A DNA stretch of 64,000 bases from Naegleria gruberi (Eukaryota), in NCBI GenBank assembly GCA_000004985.1, contig GG738894.1; one strand, given 5' to 3'. The notes beneath the pieces were generated by a model. It made no database searches, was not told where the DNA came from, and saw only the letters and a program-made list of their open reading frames with translations. The position numbers and the translations under genes are program-made. This document shows positions 55,102-64,000 of the stretch, one piece after another. The stretch's first letter is position 1; each line of letters starts with the position of its first letter.

Positions 55102-56022
55102 TTACTTTTTCCTACAGACAACTCCCCAGTTATCTTTTTCGTAATACATATTCTTTACAAACTCAAAATCGAATGATTGAACTTTTTCTCCAGTTTGTGG
55201 ACAAGTTGTGAAGGATGCTTCTTCGACCAATTTTTCCAATTCTCCTTCTTTGAACAAGTGATAAAATCTCTTGTAGACCTTTTCTCCATCTTCTCCTTGA
55301 ATAAAGTTTTCAGCATTTTGAGCTGGTTTCTTATCAAATTGTTTTTGTAAATGCCAAGGTACAAAGACATCTTGTTGTGGATACCTGTAGGAAGGTGTTG
55401 AAGAATCTTGTGACTTTTTCTTTGATTGTTGCTCAAAAGCCCAAACATAGATTAAAACTTCACCTCCTTGTTTACAAACTCTGAATAATTCTCTAATGGC
55501 ATTCATTCTTCTTTCAGGTGTAGCAAAATGGTGAATGACAGCCACACTAATCACAACATCAAATTTTTCTGATTTAAATGGTAATCTAGTATTATCGGCA
55601 ACCATAACTTCCAAATCTCTTCCTTTACAAATTTCAGCAAGTCCATCACTAATATCAGTACCAATAAAACAATTACTAGTTGAAATTTTTGATAATTTGT
55701 TTCCTCTATTAAATTCAAGAGTTTCCTTCCATGATTGCATATATTTACCATTTCCGCATCCGATATCAGCAAACAAACAATTTTCCTTTCCGAGAATATA
55801 TTCATTAATAAATGGCCATCTAGAATATCTAGTATTTGAAAAGTGTGGAGCAATTTCATTATAAACTTGTGTTACAAATTGTTTTTCAAATTGATGTAAT
55901 TGCATAGAATCATTTTCAACAGTATTAATGACACGATTAGCATCCAATTCGGGATCAATTTGTTGTGCTGTTGTTGAAGAAGAGGAAGAGGCAGCAGATG
56001 ATGAAGATTCTTGTTCACTCAT
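55102..56022 (-). CDS. TRM9: tRNA (carboxymethyluridine34-5-O)-methyltransferase, TRM9/ALKBH8-type class I SAM-dependent methyltransferase (306 aa)
   Basis: A genuine AAAAA-ATG start at 56022. [25 protein letters not shown] matches yeast Trm9 [27 protein letters not shown]. The SAM motif I is [11 protein letters not shown], and motif II is [45 protein letters not shown]. The TRM9-specific [10 protein letters not shown] is present. Confidence 0.9.
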   Translation of the reverse strand: [306 protein letters not shown]

Positions 56023-56535
56023 TTTTTAAAAAATTAAAATTAGAAAAATGCTTTTTCATAGATGTACAGATTTCTGGAATAATTTTTCAATCTATGTCGA
56101 TACTTGATGAACTTGTTATTGGATTGCAAGATAGGCGGAATGTTTGAATAATATCGTTCCATTCCAATGGGACAATTCAACGCTTGGTAAAATTTGCGTT
56201 AGCTTTGTTAAAATCTTATCCACGTGTGCTGTCCAGGTTTCCTTAATGGAGGGAGATGCAACCATTTTTCATAGTGTTTGTCCTTAAATCCTTATGTAGA
56301 ACTGCTTATTCATTTAAGGAGCAAAGAAAAATGCCTCATCGTCCAGGTTTGGGTAAATCACGCAAAAGCAGAGGGGCTTTGATGATGCCTCTTTGTTCTG
56401 AAATAGAAATTTAAACAGGCGCAAACACTCTCGAAAAAACCAACCAAACAACATTAAGCTGTGTTATATTTCAATTAAAACTGAGAGTATTGCTGATATC
56501 CAATAACCAAAAACTCAATACTTGAATTTCAAAGT

Positions 56536-57381
56536 ATGGACAATCGTTCAGCTTTTCTTGCCTCAGATTATTCAATTCTTCAACTTGTCCAAACAATGTT
56601 TCATGTCTTACTCCTCATAATTGCCAAAATACTTGATACACTATATAGCTCGTTTGTATTTGAGGTAGAGAGTATAAGCAACAATGGCTCCACCTCAATC
56701 ATAACAAATAGGAGAGGTAATTCTTCAGATAATATAACTGACGAAGACAATGATGATGAACCACCATTAAGCAAACAACACTCCAAGAGAGAACACATTA
56801 CATTTCAAACTCCTTCCTCTACACCATCATCGGATCTGAATCCAATCAGCAAACCTTCAAATCATCCATTAAGGCGAATGAGTAATTTGTTCTTCTTCAA
56901 CAATGACTCTATAGATACTAGGCTTGATGAATTAATAGATGATGATTCAATATTATGGAGGAAGAGAGCCATATCGGCGCCCTCTGATGTTTTGCCCAGC
57001 CCCTCAAACTCACCAGAAAGTAACACTAACAATGAGCAAAATGATAATATGATTTTAATTGAGGACACTCATAAACAATTATCAACATTGAACGAAGAAC
57101 AATATAGCGAACAACAACAACCAATTTTGACCACGAACGATGAGGCTCAACCAGCAATGAACATTATAGAAGAGCATTCTAGTAACAATTCAAAGAGAAG
57201 AGGATTCCTTACCAAATCATCTTCCACAAATACACCTCCTCAAAGAACAAAGCAAAAAACCTCCCCTACTACCAATGGATCATCATTTACTCCACCTCCT
57301 CTGGGAAAAGGCAATTCTTTTGTAGAGCTTCGAAAGCAATTAACAGAGTTTGAATTTCCAAAGAAAAAATCAGAGGATTAA
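56536..57381 (+). CDS. Hypothetical Ser/Asn/Thr-rich protein with N-terminal hydrophobic segment (281 aa)
   Basis: A genuine ATG at 56536. A hydrophobic stretch (MFHVLLLIIAKILDTLYSSFVFEV) follows. The rest is low-complexity and polar (SPSNSPESNTNNEQNDN; SSSTNTPPQRTKQKTSPTTNGSSFTPPPLG). I recognise no domain. Codon usage matches the neighbours. Confidence 0.45.
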   Translation: MDNRSAFLASDYSILQLVQTMFHVLLLIIAKILDTLYSSFVFEVESISNNGSTSIITNRRGNSSDNITDEDNDDEPPLSKQHSKREHITFQTPSSTPSSDLNPISKPSNHPLRRMSNLFFFNNDSIDTRLDELIDDDSILWRKRAISAPSDVLPSPSNSPESNTNNEQNDNMILIEDTHKQLSTLNEEQYSEQQQPILTTNDEAQPAMNIIEEHSSNNSKRRGFLTKSSSTNTPPQRTKQKTSPTTNGSSFTPPPLGKGNSFVELRKQLTEFEFPKKKSED

Positions 57382-57499
57382 ATTCAATTTTCAAAAAATC
57401 CTTATTCTCTTTCAGTTTCGTCAAGTTAGAGTTCCAATCCAGTTCCTTGTTCTTTGAAGTTTGAAATATAATTAAATTCAAAAAAATATCAATTATTCA

Positions 57500-58654
57500 A
57501 TGCAATACGATTCAGAAGAATTCATTCCTCCAGCCATTTCAATAGATATTGGTTCGGGTAGGTTTAAATGTGGCTTCTCTGGAGAAGAGGCTCCACTCTT
57601 TGACATGCCAACCATTTGTGGTAGAACTGCAACATCACCAATGCATTACTACAACGGTCACAGGACTACTGGCTACCAGGCTAAACCAGATAAACCCGAT
57701 GATAAATTCTTTGGTGAGGAGGTTCTCTTGCAAAGGAGTTACTTGACAATGAATTATTTCATTGAGAATGGAGTTGTAGTGAATTGGGATAATTATGAAT
57801 ATGCAATGCATCACATGCTCTATAAGAAAATGAAAGTTGAACCAGAATGTCATCCAGTGATATTGAATAGCCTGCCTCATAATCCAAGGGCTGATAAGGA
57901 AAAAGCAACACAGATCATGTTTGAAACATTCAATATACCAGCCATTTATTTTGCAAATTCAGCACAAATGGCATTGTTTGCCTCGGGGAGAACTTTTGGA
58001 GTTTCATTATTGTGTGGTGATGGAGTTTCATTGGTAGCTCCATTCACAGATGATCTCCGTGCCAACGATGTTTATAGAATGAATTTTGGTGGAAGAGATT
58101 TGAATGATTACTTATTGAAATTGGTCATGTCGAGAGGAAAATGTTCATTGACAGAATTTATTGGAAGGGAAGTCATGAGGGAAATTAAGGAAAGTGGCTA
58201 TTTCACATGTGACACCTCTGAGAAGATAACGAAAAAGTATTTTACTTTACCTGATGGATCCAGGATTGTCATGGAGGAGGAATTATTGGAATGTACAGAA
58301 CCATTATTTAATGTTGAATTGATTTCATCGAGTTTTCAATTTTCTGGTTTGCACGAAATGTTAAATCATTCCATTTCTAACATGCCAATTGAATATAGAA
58401 AAGATCTTTATTCGAATATAGTTCTCTCAGGAGGAACAACACTTTTCAATGGATTTAAGAAGAGATTGGAAAGTGAAATGGATTCCATCTCAAAATCAAA
58501 ACTTTCCATTATTGCTCCTTCTCAAAGAAACCATTCCATTTGGTTAGGTCAATCAATCTATAGCTCCCTAGAATCATTTCAATCCATATGGAAAACAAAG
58601 GAAGAATATGATGAATCGGGTCCAGGTGTTGTGTCACGAAGGCCTTGTTGGTAA
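57500..58654 (+). CDS. Divergent actin-like / actin-related protein (384 aa)
   Basis: The protein is collinear with actin. [20 protein letters not shown] matches [62 protein letters not shown] matches [63 protein letters not shown] matches [39 protein letters not shown] matches KQEYDESGPSIVHRKCF. An extra insertion, [27 protein letters not shown], lies near the N-terminal lobe. Single exon. Confidence 0.85.
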   Translation: [384 protein letters not shown]

Positions 58655-59301
58655 AACAAGGTGCAACTTATTCTTGCCATATATTCTACAAAATCAGTAT
58701 TATCCTTACAGTAGTGATGATTGTAATTATGCAAGAAGGTAGTTGTCTTGCTCTCTTTATAGTGTAATTAGTGCCACGTTTGGTAGAGCAAGAATGGACC
58801 AAGGAAACAAAATACATTCGAAACAAGCCTATTGACTTTACCTCAATCAAAAAAAATTTTATTTCAGTGTAGCTGATCCCAATAGGATCATGAGGTATTA
58901 TCTTGAATTAAGAGAACCTCAATCAAAAAAAATGTTTTACTTCCTCATTAGCATGATCATGATTGTGTGGATCAATATTTCCATACAGCATTTCTTTATC
59001 CGAATCAGCGATATGTATCTGGGCTCTTTCTTTTCTGAAATCGTACCATGAAGAATTTCCAATAACACAATCCACCCATGAGGTTTGTTAACAACAAACT
59101 CAAAAATCAAAACAAGCCTTTTCATTACTTTCATCAATTCATCCATCAGAGAAGAAGTAAATAATCAAGTAGCAGAGAGAACAACAAATGAACATGTTCT
59201 TTAAATAGCCTTCATCAATTTAAAAAACCAAATAAAAAAACAAATCAAACTCATCAACAGCACCTACACCCACATATAATTTTTCATCACATATTATCAT
59301 C

Positions 59302-60170
59302 ATGTATATGCATAACTTGAGTAGAGTTATTACAATAATTCCAAATGATTCTGTGGAATTATTGTCGAATAATAGTAGTAATATCACGAATCAAAGTGCT
59401 ATTTCTGCTACTACCATTAATAATGGTGGAAATGTAATAAATAATGATGATTCGGATATTGATACATTGGTGGATGAAATTGTAAATGGAGAACAAGTGG
59501 ATGAATACTTTTTTAATTGTGCAGGTTTAATTTCGAATTTGGAATATGTTAAACAAGTGATAGAAAAGAAGAAAACTGGAAATTTGATTGATTTGGTTTG
59601 TTTCACATATGAATTTTTTATTGGAATGTTTTTGTGTTTTGGATATTTTTGAAAATAATTGAAAAATAGATGGGTAGGAATATATTACATCATGCCTGTA
59701 AATGGGGAAACTTGAATATTGTCCAATATGCCATTTCGAAAGGAGTTTCGGTTAATTTGAAAGATATCCATGGAAACACTCCAATTCACTTTTGTTGTGA
59801 GGAAGGTTATACTGATATTGTGACGTGTTTACTTCATCATCCAAATATTAAAGCAACATTGAAGAATAAGGTAAGAACAATCTCATTTCCATAACTAATA
59901 ATTCTTATGAAACCTTTCGAATAATTCTAAAATTTAGGACGGTGCAACACCAAAGAGAAAGGCTCAATATTCTGGCTATTCAAACGTAGTTCTCTTACTG
60001 GAAAGATATTTGGGCAATATTTATGTAAGTTGTTGAATATTTTCACAAATTTCGTTTCGAACTATTTTCATTAGCTGTTTAAGGAAAATTTGAAAAATCA
60101 AGTAATTGATGTTGAGGAAACTTATTCCAACTACAAATTGAGTGATATTTCAATAAGGATAGTTGATTAA
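59302..60170 (+). CDS. Ankyrin-repeat protein (4 exons, about 225 aa)
   Basis: Exons are 59302..59595, 59670..59870, 59938..60024 and 60075..60170. The introns are 59596..59669 (GTTTGT...AG), 59871..59937 (GTAAGA...AG) and 60025..60074 (GTAAGT...AG). Splicing joins ORF-track ORFs 59302 and 59670 and extends them. The spliced product has three ANK repeats: ...KTGNLIDL|MGRNILHHACKWGNLNIVQYAISKGVSVNLKDIHGNTPIHFCCEEGYTDIVTCLLHHPNIKATLKNK|DGATPKRKAQYSGYSNVVLLLERYLGNIY|LFKENL... It ends ...SIRIVD-stop at 60168-60170. Confidence 0.65.
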
Positions 60171-60382
60171 AAATTTAATTACCCTTTGATCTTATTTATT
60201 GTAAAAACATTACAATGAAGAGTTTCATTCTCCCAGAAGGGAAATATTGAAAAAATCTTTTTCCACTGACCACAGTATTGTTGTAATCAAGATCAGAGCG
60301 AACTCTAAAAGTCCATTGAATATATCGCCACCACCTTTCATCTTGTGAAAAATAATATCATCACAAAAAAACGAGTTTAGAG

Positions 60383-63300
60383 ATGGTTATTATTCGAAAG
60401 GTTTACTTGTCTAAACCTTGGTGGTTATTTGTGCTACTGTTTAGCTGCATCGTTTTCACAATACACAACAACAACCTTGTTCATTCTAAATCGCCTTCTC
60501 TATACATTCCACAAGTTTCGGATACAAGCCAGACTAATAACATTCCATCTTCTCTATCATCAACAAGTTCCACCTCATCGGATAAATGTAAAACAACTAA
60601 TCCCTTCATATTTTCCCTTCCTACACCATTCTTTCACTGGGCAGAATCGGATTTCAATAACATTGGTTCGAAAGCTTTTTATGAAAATAATTGTTTACAA
60701 ATTGAACAAGTAAATAGATATAATGGATATATTCCATATGATCAAGTCAAGAAATCTCTCACCACCACTTCGACAACATCTAATATTGCAGAATTTTTAA
60801 TCATTGACGATTATTCACTTTTCAAATTGTGGAAAGACAATATTACAAACTTCAAGCTCATTTCACAATTTGCCAAATCAACGAATCTAATTCTAATGTC
60901 CAAGAAGGAAAAACAAATTACATCGATGAGAGATTTGAAAAATAAGAAGGTTGCTGTTTGTCAACATCATTTGGAATATTTGATTTATGAATTATATAAA
61001 CTAGGAATGAGTTTGAGTGATATTAAATATGAGATTGTAAATTATGACCTCATGTATATGAGGGTTTTATATGAAGATATTGATGCATACTTTGTGGATG
61101 ATCGATACATTTTCACACAAGTGAGAAAGACAACTACAACTCTTTATTATCCTAGAGAGTTTAATATTATTGAATCATCACTCAATTATACAAAGGATGG
61201 AATCAACATGTTCAGATATGGTATTATTGTGAAAGATAATCCAAGTGTTAGTGGGCTTGAAGAAATTACAAGAAGATTCTTACTGACACAAACTCAAATG
61301 TACACCTTTTGTAGAGATAATCCTTTGGAGTGTTTTGAAAGATGGGTCGTCTATGATTACATGATTGATAATTTGAACAATTTATTGTGGCCTTCTATTG
61401 ATGGTTTTGGAAATATTAGTAGAGTTTCAATTACAAATTCAATGTCTATATATTTGGGAAGAAATCCAACTTCAACAGAATCAAAAATATTTATCAACCA
61501 GTTTGTCAATTCAACCATAATGGATGAGATTATTTCGAATTGTACTGATAATTTGTGTACAGGCATAGATGGATCTGTATTGAATATTACAGGACTTGCC
61601 TATTCAGATGCAACTCCAACATTTTGTGAGGATTACATATTCCCATATCCACTCTCTTGTAAGAGATATTACTTGTACTTTAGATTGTACTGCTCATTTG
61701 TTCCATTCCTTATTGGTTCCCTAATTAATTTGATATTTGCTGTCATTGTTCCATTCATGAGAAGTGAACACTTGATGAAGCATCGTTTCATAGCCCCATT
61801 TGTAACACCAGTTTGCTTTTCAGGATTTTTACTCTTCTCTGCTATATTATTTTGCAGGTTTTCCTATTTTCCTGAGAATGTCATTTACGGTTTGGCAAGT
61901 GCCTGTATCGTTACAGTTATTATTACACGTTCCATGAATGTGATTCGTTACTTTTATGTGAGAAATATGTTCAAGCTCATGAAAAAGAGGAATAAGAATG
62001 AAAATAATGGATCAGCATACAATTTCTCAATGAAAGAAGATAAGGAAGTATTGGATAGGAATATTCGGTTTCACAGAGTTGCAGCATCCAAATTGGTCTT
62101 TGTTATTATTTGGATAGTACTGGTAGTACTTATTGCTCCGTCATTTTTCATAGCTCAATACTATGCTCCGGAGAATTATATTATAAGAAATGGAATTTCC
62201 ATTATTGTCTATGTATTGGCAACATTTTTCATGGTTTTCCTCTTTATTTTTGATTTGATTGTTAATAGAAAGAGATTGAAAAAGAGAGGTTTCATTTCCT
62301 TCATTCTATTCGACGATCCACTATTGTACAGATTGGAATTATTATTGTGTGGGTTTGAATTGATTTCAATTGTTTGGATTTCTCTCAGTGATTACTATGT
62401 CTATAACATTGCTGCCTTCTCTGCACAAGCTGTTGGTTTCCTTTCTTTGGGCCTTTCTGGTGCTGTAACATGGTCTTATGGATTTGCAGCAGCTGTCATT
62501 CTCTATAGACGTGGCAAGAAGTTTATCATGTCCAAAGTTTATAGAAGAAGAGCAATGAAAAGTAATTCAAACCTCTCTACAGAATTGAGTGGAAGTGCAA
62601 TCCAAGCTGATTTCTTGGAAAAGTTAATTGAAAATGATGATTTTTATTCTCTTCTTGAAGGTATGTTATAGATTGAATAGTTACGAATTTAATGCTTGTA
62701 TAGATTATGCTAAGAAGGAATTCTCATCGGAAAATCTCTTCCTTTACAATGTAAGTTTTCATTAACTCAATCCTCATTTACATGTTCAATCTTTTTGGCA
62801 ATAGATACTGAGACAATATAGAAAAAGGAGAGAACTCTACATTTCGGATTTACTGTTCATTTACAATAATTATGTAAAGAATTATTCACCATTTGAAGTG
62901 AACGTCTCCTCTGAAACTAAGAAGAGCGTTAGAGAAATTCTCTACACTTACCATATGATTGAGTCAGCAACTTCTAAAGACAGATTCTCTAAAAGAATCA
63001 CCCAATTTCCAACAGATATTTTCCCAAATTATGATTCATTCTCGGGAGCTACTCCTTATCAGGCCTTTGATGATGTTCATTCATCGCCAAAACTTGCAAG
63101 TAAGGCGACCATGCCACCTTCATTTCAGAATAACAACTCTCCAATGATGGGTCGATTTAAAGATAGTTTCAGAAAGCTATCATCTGTTTCAGATAGTGAA
63201 GCAAGTAGGGGGGATGATCTTGTTGGAGATGACGCAGATATAGGATCAGATCAAAGCAGAACTCCTAGAAGAAGTACTGTAAGTGGAGGGGGACCAGTTA

Positions 63301-63449
63301 TTCCATTCAATCAAATTCAAGCACTTTACAATGATGTTACACAGAATGTTATGGATACTTTCAGTAGATTATGTGAAACGAGTGAATATCAGCAATGGGA
63401 ATCCCTTAATAATATGGCATTGTTCATCTCCAATAAGGAATTGGCTTGA
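60383..63449 (+). CDS. Seven-transmembrane receptor with large N-terminal ectodomain and C-terminal RGS (regulator of G-protein signalling) domain (3 exons, about 989 aa)
   Basis: Exons are 60383..62660, 62704..62750 and 62805..63449. The introns are 62661..62703 (GTATGT...AG, 43 nt) and 62751..62804 (GTAAGT...AG, 54 nt). The N-terminus has a signal peptide (LSKPWWLFVLLFSCIVFTIHNNNLVHS), then a roughly 400-aa ectodomain containing LKNKKVAVCQHHLEYLIYELYKLGMSLSDIKYEIVNYDLMYMRVLYEDIDAYFVDDRYIF.

Seven hydrophobic helices follow: FVPFLIGSLINLIFAVIVPF; FVTPVCFSGFLLFSAILFC; VIYGLASACIVTVIIT; LVFVIIWIVLVVLIAPSFFIA; ISIIVYVLATFFMVFLFIFDLIV; LELLLCGFELISIVWISL; AVGFLSLGLSGAVTWSYGFAAAVILY.

Splicing reconstitutes the RGS box: DFLEKLIENDDFYSLLEG|DYAKKEFSSENLFLYN|ILRQYRKRRELYISDLLFIYNNYVKNYSPFEVNVSSETKKSVREIL (compare the consensus SLEKLL..G...F..FL.SEFSEENLEFW...K...IY..FI......EVNL). 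A Ser-rich tail ends at TGA 63447-63449. Confidence 0.8.
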
Positions 63450-63575
63450 GATAAAAAGTGCTTTGCTCATTTGTAAAATGATAAGCTGAGACACCTTTCT
63501 TTACCCAAATAATGGGCTGGACTCATTTTGTTCTGAGATACGCTTTATCTTAAAGAAATTTTTTTAAAAGTGAAT

Positions 63576-63580
63576 AAAAA
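63576..63580 (-). terminator. Oligo-T RNA polymerase III terminator for tRNA-Lys
   Basis: The aaaaa at 63576-63580 on the + strand reads TTTTT on the tRNA strand, 8 nt beyond the tRNA 3' end. Confidence 0.5.
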
Positions 63581-63587
63581 GTTTAAT

Positions 63588-63660
63588 CGCCCCACGTGGG
63601 GCTCGAACCCACGACCGTTGGATTAAAAGTCCAACGCTCTACCGACTGAGCTAGCAGGGC
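63588..63660 (-). tRNA. tRNA-Lys (anticodon UUU), 73 nt, no intron
   Basis: The reverse complement is GCCCTGC-TA-GCTC-AGTCGGT-AGAGC-G-TTGGA-CTTTTAA-TCCAA-CGGTC-GTGGG-TTCGAGC-CCCAC-GTGGGGC-G. It has the cloverleaf arrangement. The D-loop is AGTCGGTAGAGC, the T-loop is GTTCGAGC, and the anticodon loop is CU-UUU-AA. The acceptor stem is 7 bp with two G·U pairs. The CCA end is not encoded. Confidence 0.9.
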
Positions 63661-63863
63661 TGCTCGTATTTGACATAAAATGTTTTTTCATGAAAATAAC
63701 AAGCGAGATTTTCATTATATGAACAATGAACATCCTCCTTGTTTGTTGATGTCACCAAGCAAATGAACCTTCGTGGCCAAATAAATCCACCACAAGAAAT
63801 TCACCTTTTTCTCAATCCAAAAAAAATAGATTTAAAACAATCCATATATTTACAAACAGTAAA

Positions 63864-64000
63864 ATGTCAACACCAAACAACAAATTGTCAGTTCGTGTCG
63901 ATGGCAATCAAATTAGTTTCTACTCACCAAACGATCCCGATGATAATATCATCATTACCTTCCATAGAACTTTACGTATACCTGATGATGGTAAGATTTA
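63864..64000 (+). CDS. 5' end of a further protein-coding gene (partial; continues beyond the window)
   Basis: An AAAATG start at 63864 opens a frame to the window edge: MSTPNNKLSVRVDGNQISFYSPNDPDDNIIITFHRTLRIPDDGKI... The final gatg|gtaaga may be an intron donor. It is absent from the ORF track because there is no in-window stop. No family is assignable from 45 residues. Confidence 0.35.
   Translation, partial: MSTPNNKLSVRVDGNQISFYSPNDPDDNIIITFHRTLRIPDDGKI

Noticed and set aside
58937-59146. 69-aa minus-strand ORF in the actin-like/ankyrin intergenic
   Set aside because: It is short, has no recognisable domain and no A-run start context, and its composition fits chance ORFs in AT-rich DNA. 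Not called.
60429-60713. 94-aa + ORF and 61357..61566 (-) ORF
   Set aside because: They are off-frame or antisense within exon 1 of the 7TM-RGS gene.

Overview
Positions 1-41860 are an unresolved run of N, so only 41861-64000 (about 22.1 kb) is real sequence. That part is an AT-rich, gene-dense eukaryotic nuclear segment (roughly one-third GC). It has eight short GT-AG introns of 41-74 nt, A-runs just before start ATGs, and codon-repeat tracts for Thr, Asn, Gln and Ser. This pattern fits a dictyostelid-type amoebozoan, though that is inference rather than a database match. Many 'M' starts in the supplied ORF track are TTG or GTG alternative starts, so I re-derived real ATG starts and splice junctions by hand.

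I call 12 protein-coding genes on both strands, three of them multi-exon. I also call one tRNA-Lys(UUU) and a 72-bp tandem repeat array that encodes leucine-rich repeats.

The most interesting items are:
- **Receptor-type kinase (45032-49422):** a 4-exon gene with a signal peptide, an NHL beta-propeller ectodomain, two EGF-like modules, one transmembrane helix and a NEK-like Ser/Thr kinase.
- **7TM-RGS protein (60383-63449):** a 3-exon gene with a signal peptide, a large ectodomain, seven transmembrane helices and a C-terminal RGS box. The RGS box only appears after splicing.
- **Degenerate GlyRS paralogue (50748-52769):** alignable end-to-end with eukaryotic glycyl-tRNA synthetase but with catalytic motif 2 destroyed.
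- **Thr-rich protein with a degenerate 3'-5' exonuclease-like domain (53628-55097).**
- **TRM9-type tRNA methyltransferase (55102-56022).**
- **Divergent actin-like protein (57500-58654).**
- **F-box/LRR protein (49527-50660)** built on near-identical 72-bp DNA repeats.

No CRISPR arrays, transposons or prokaryotic defence loci are present.
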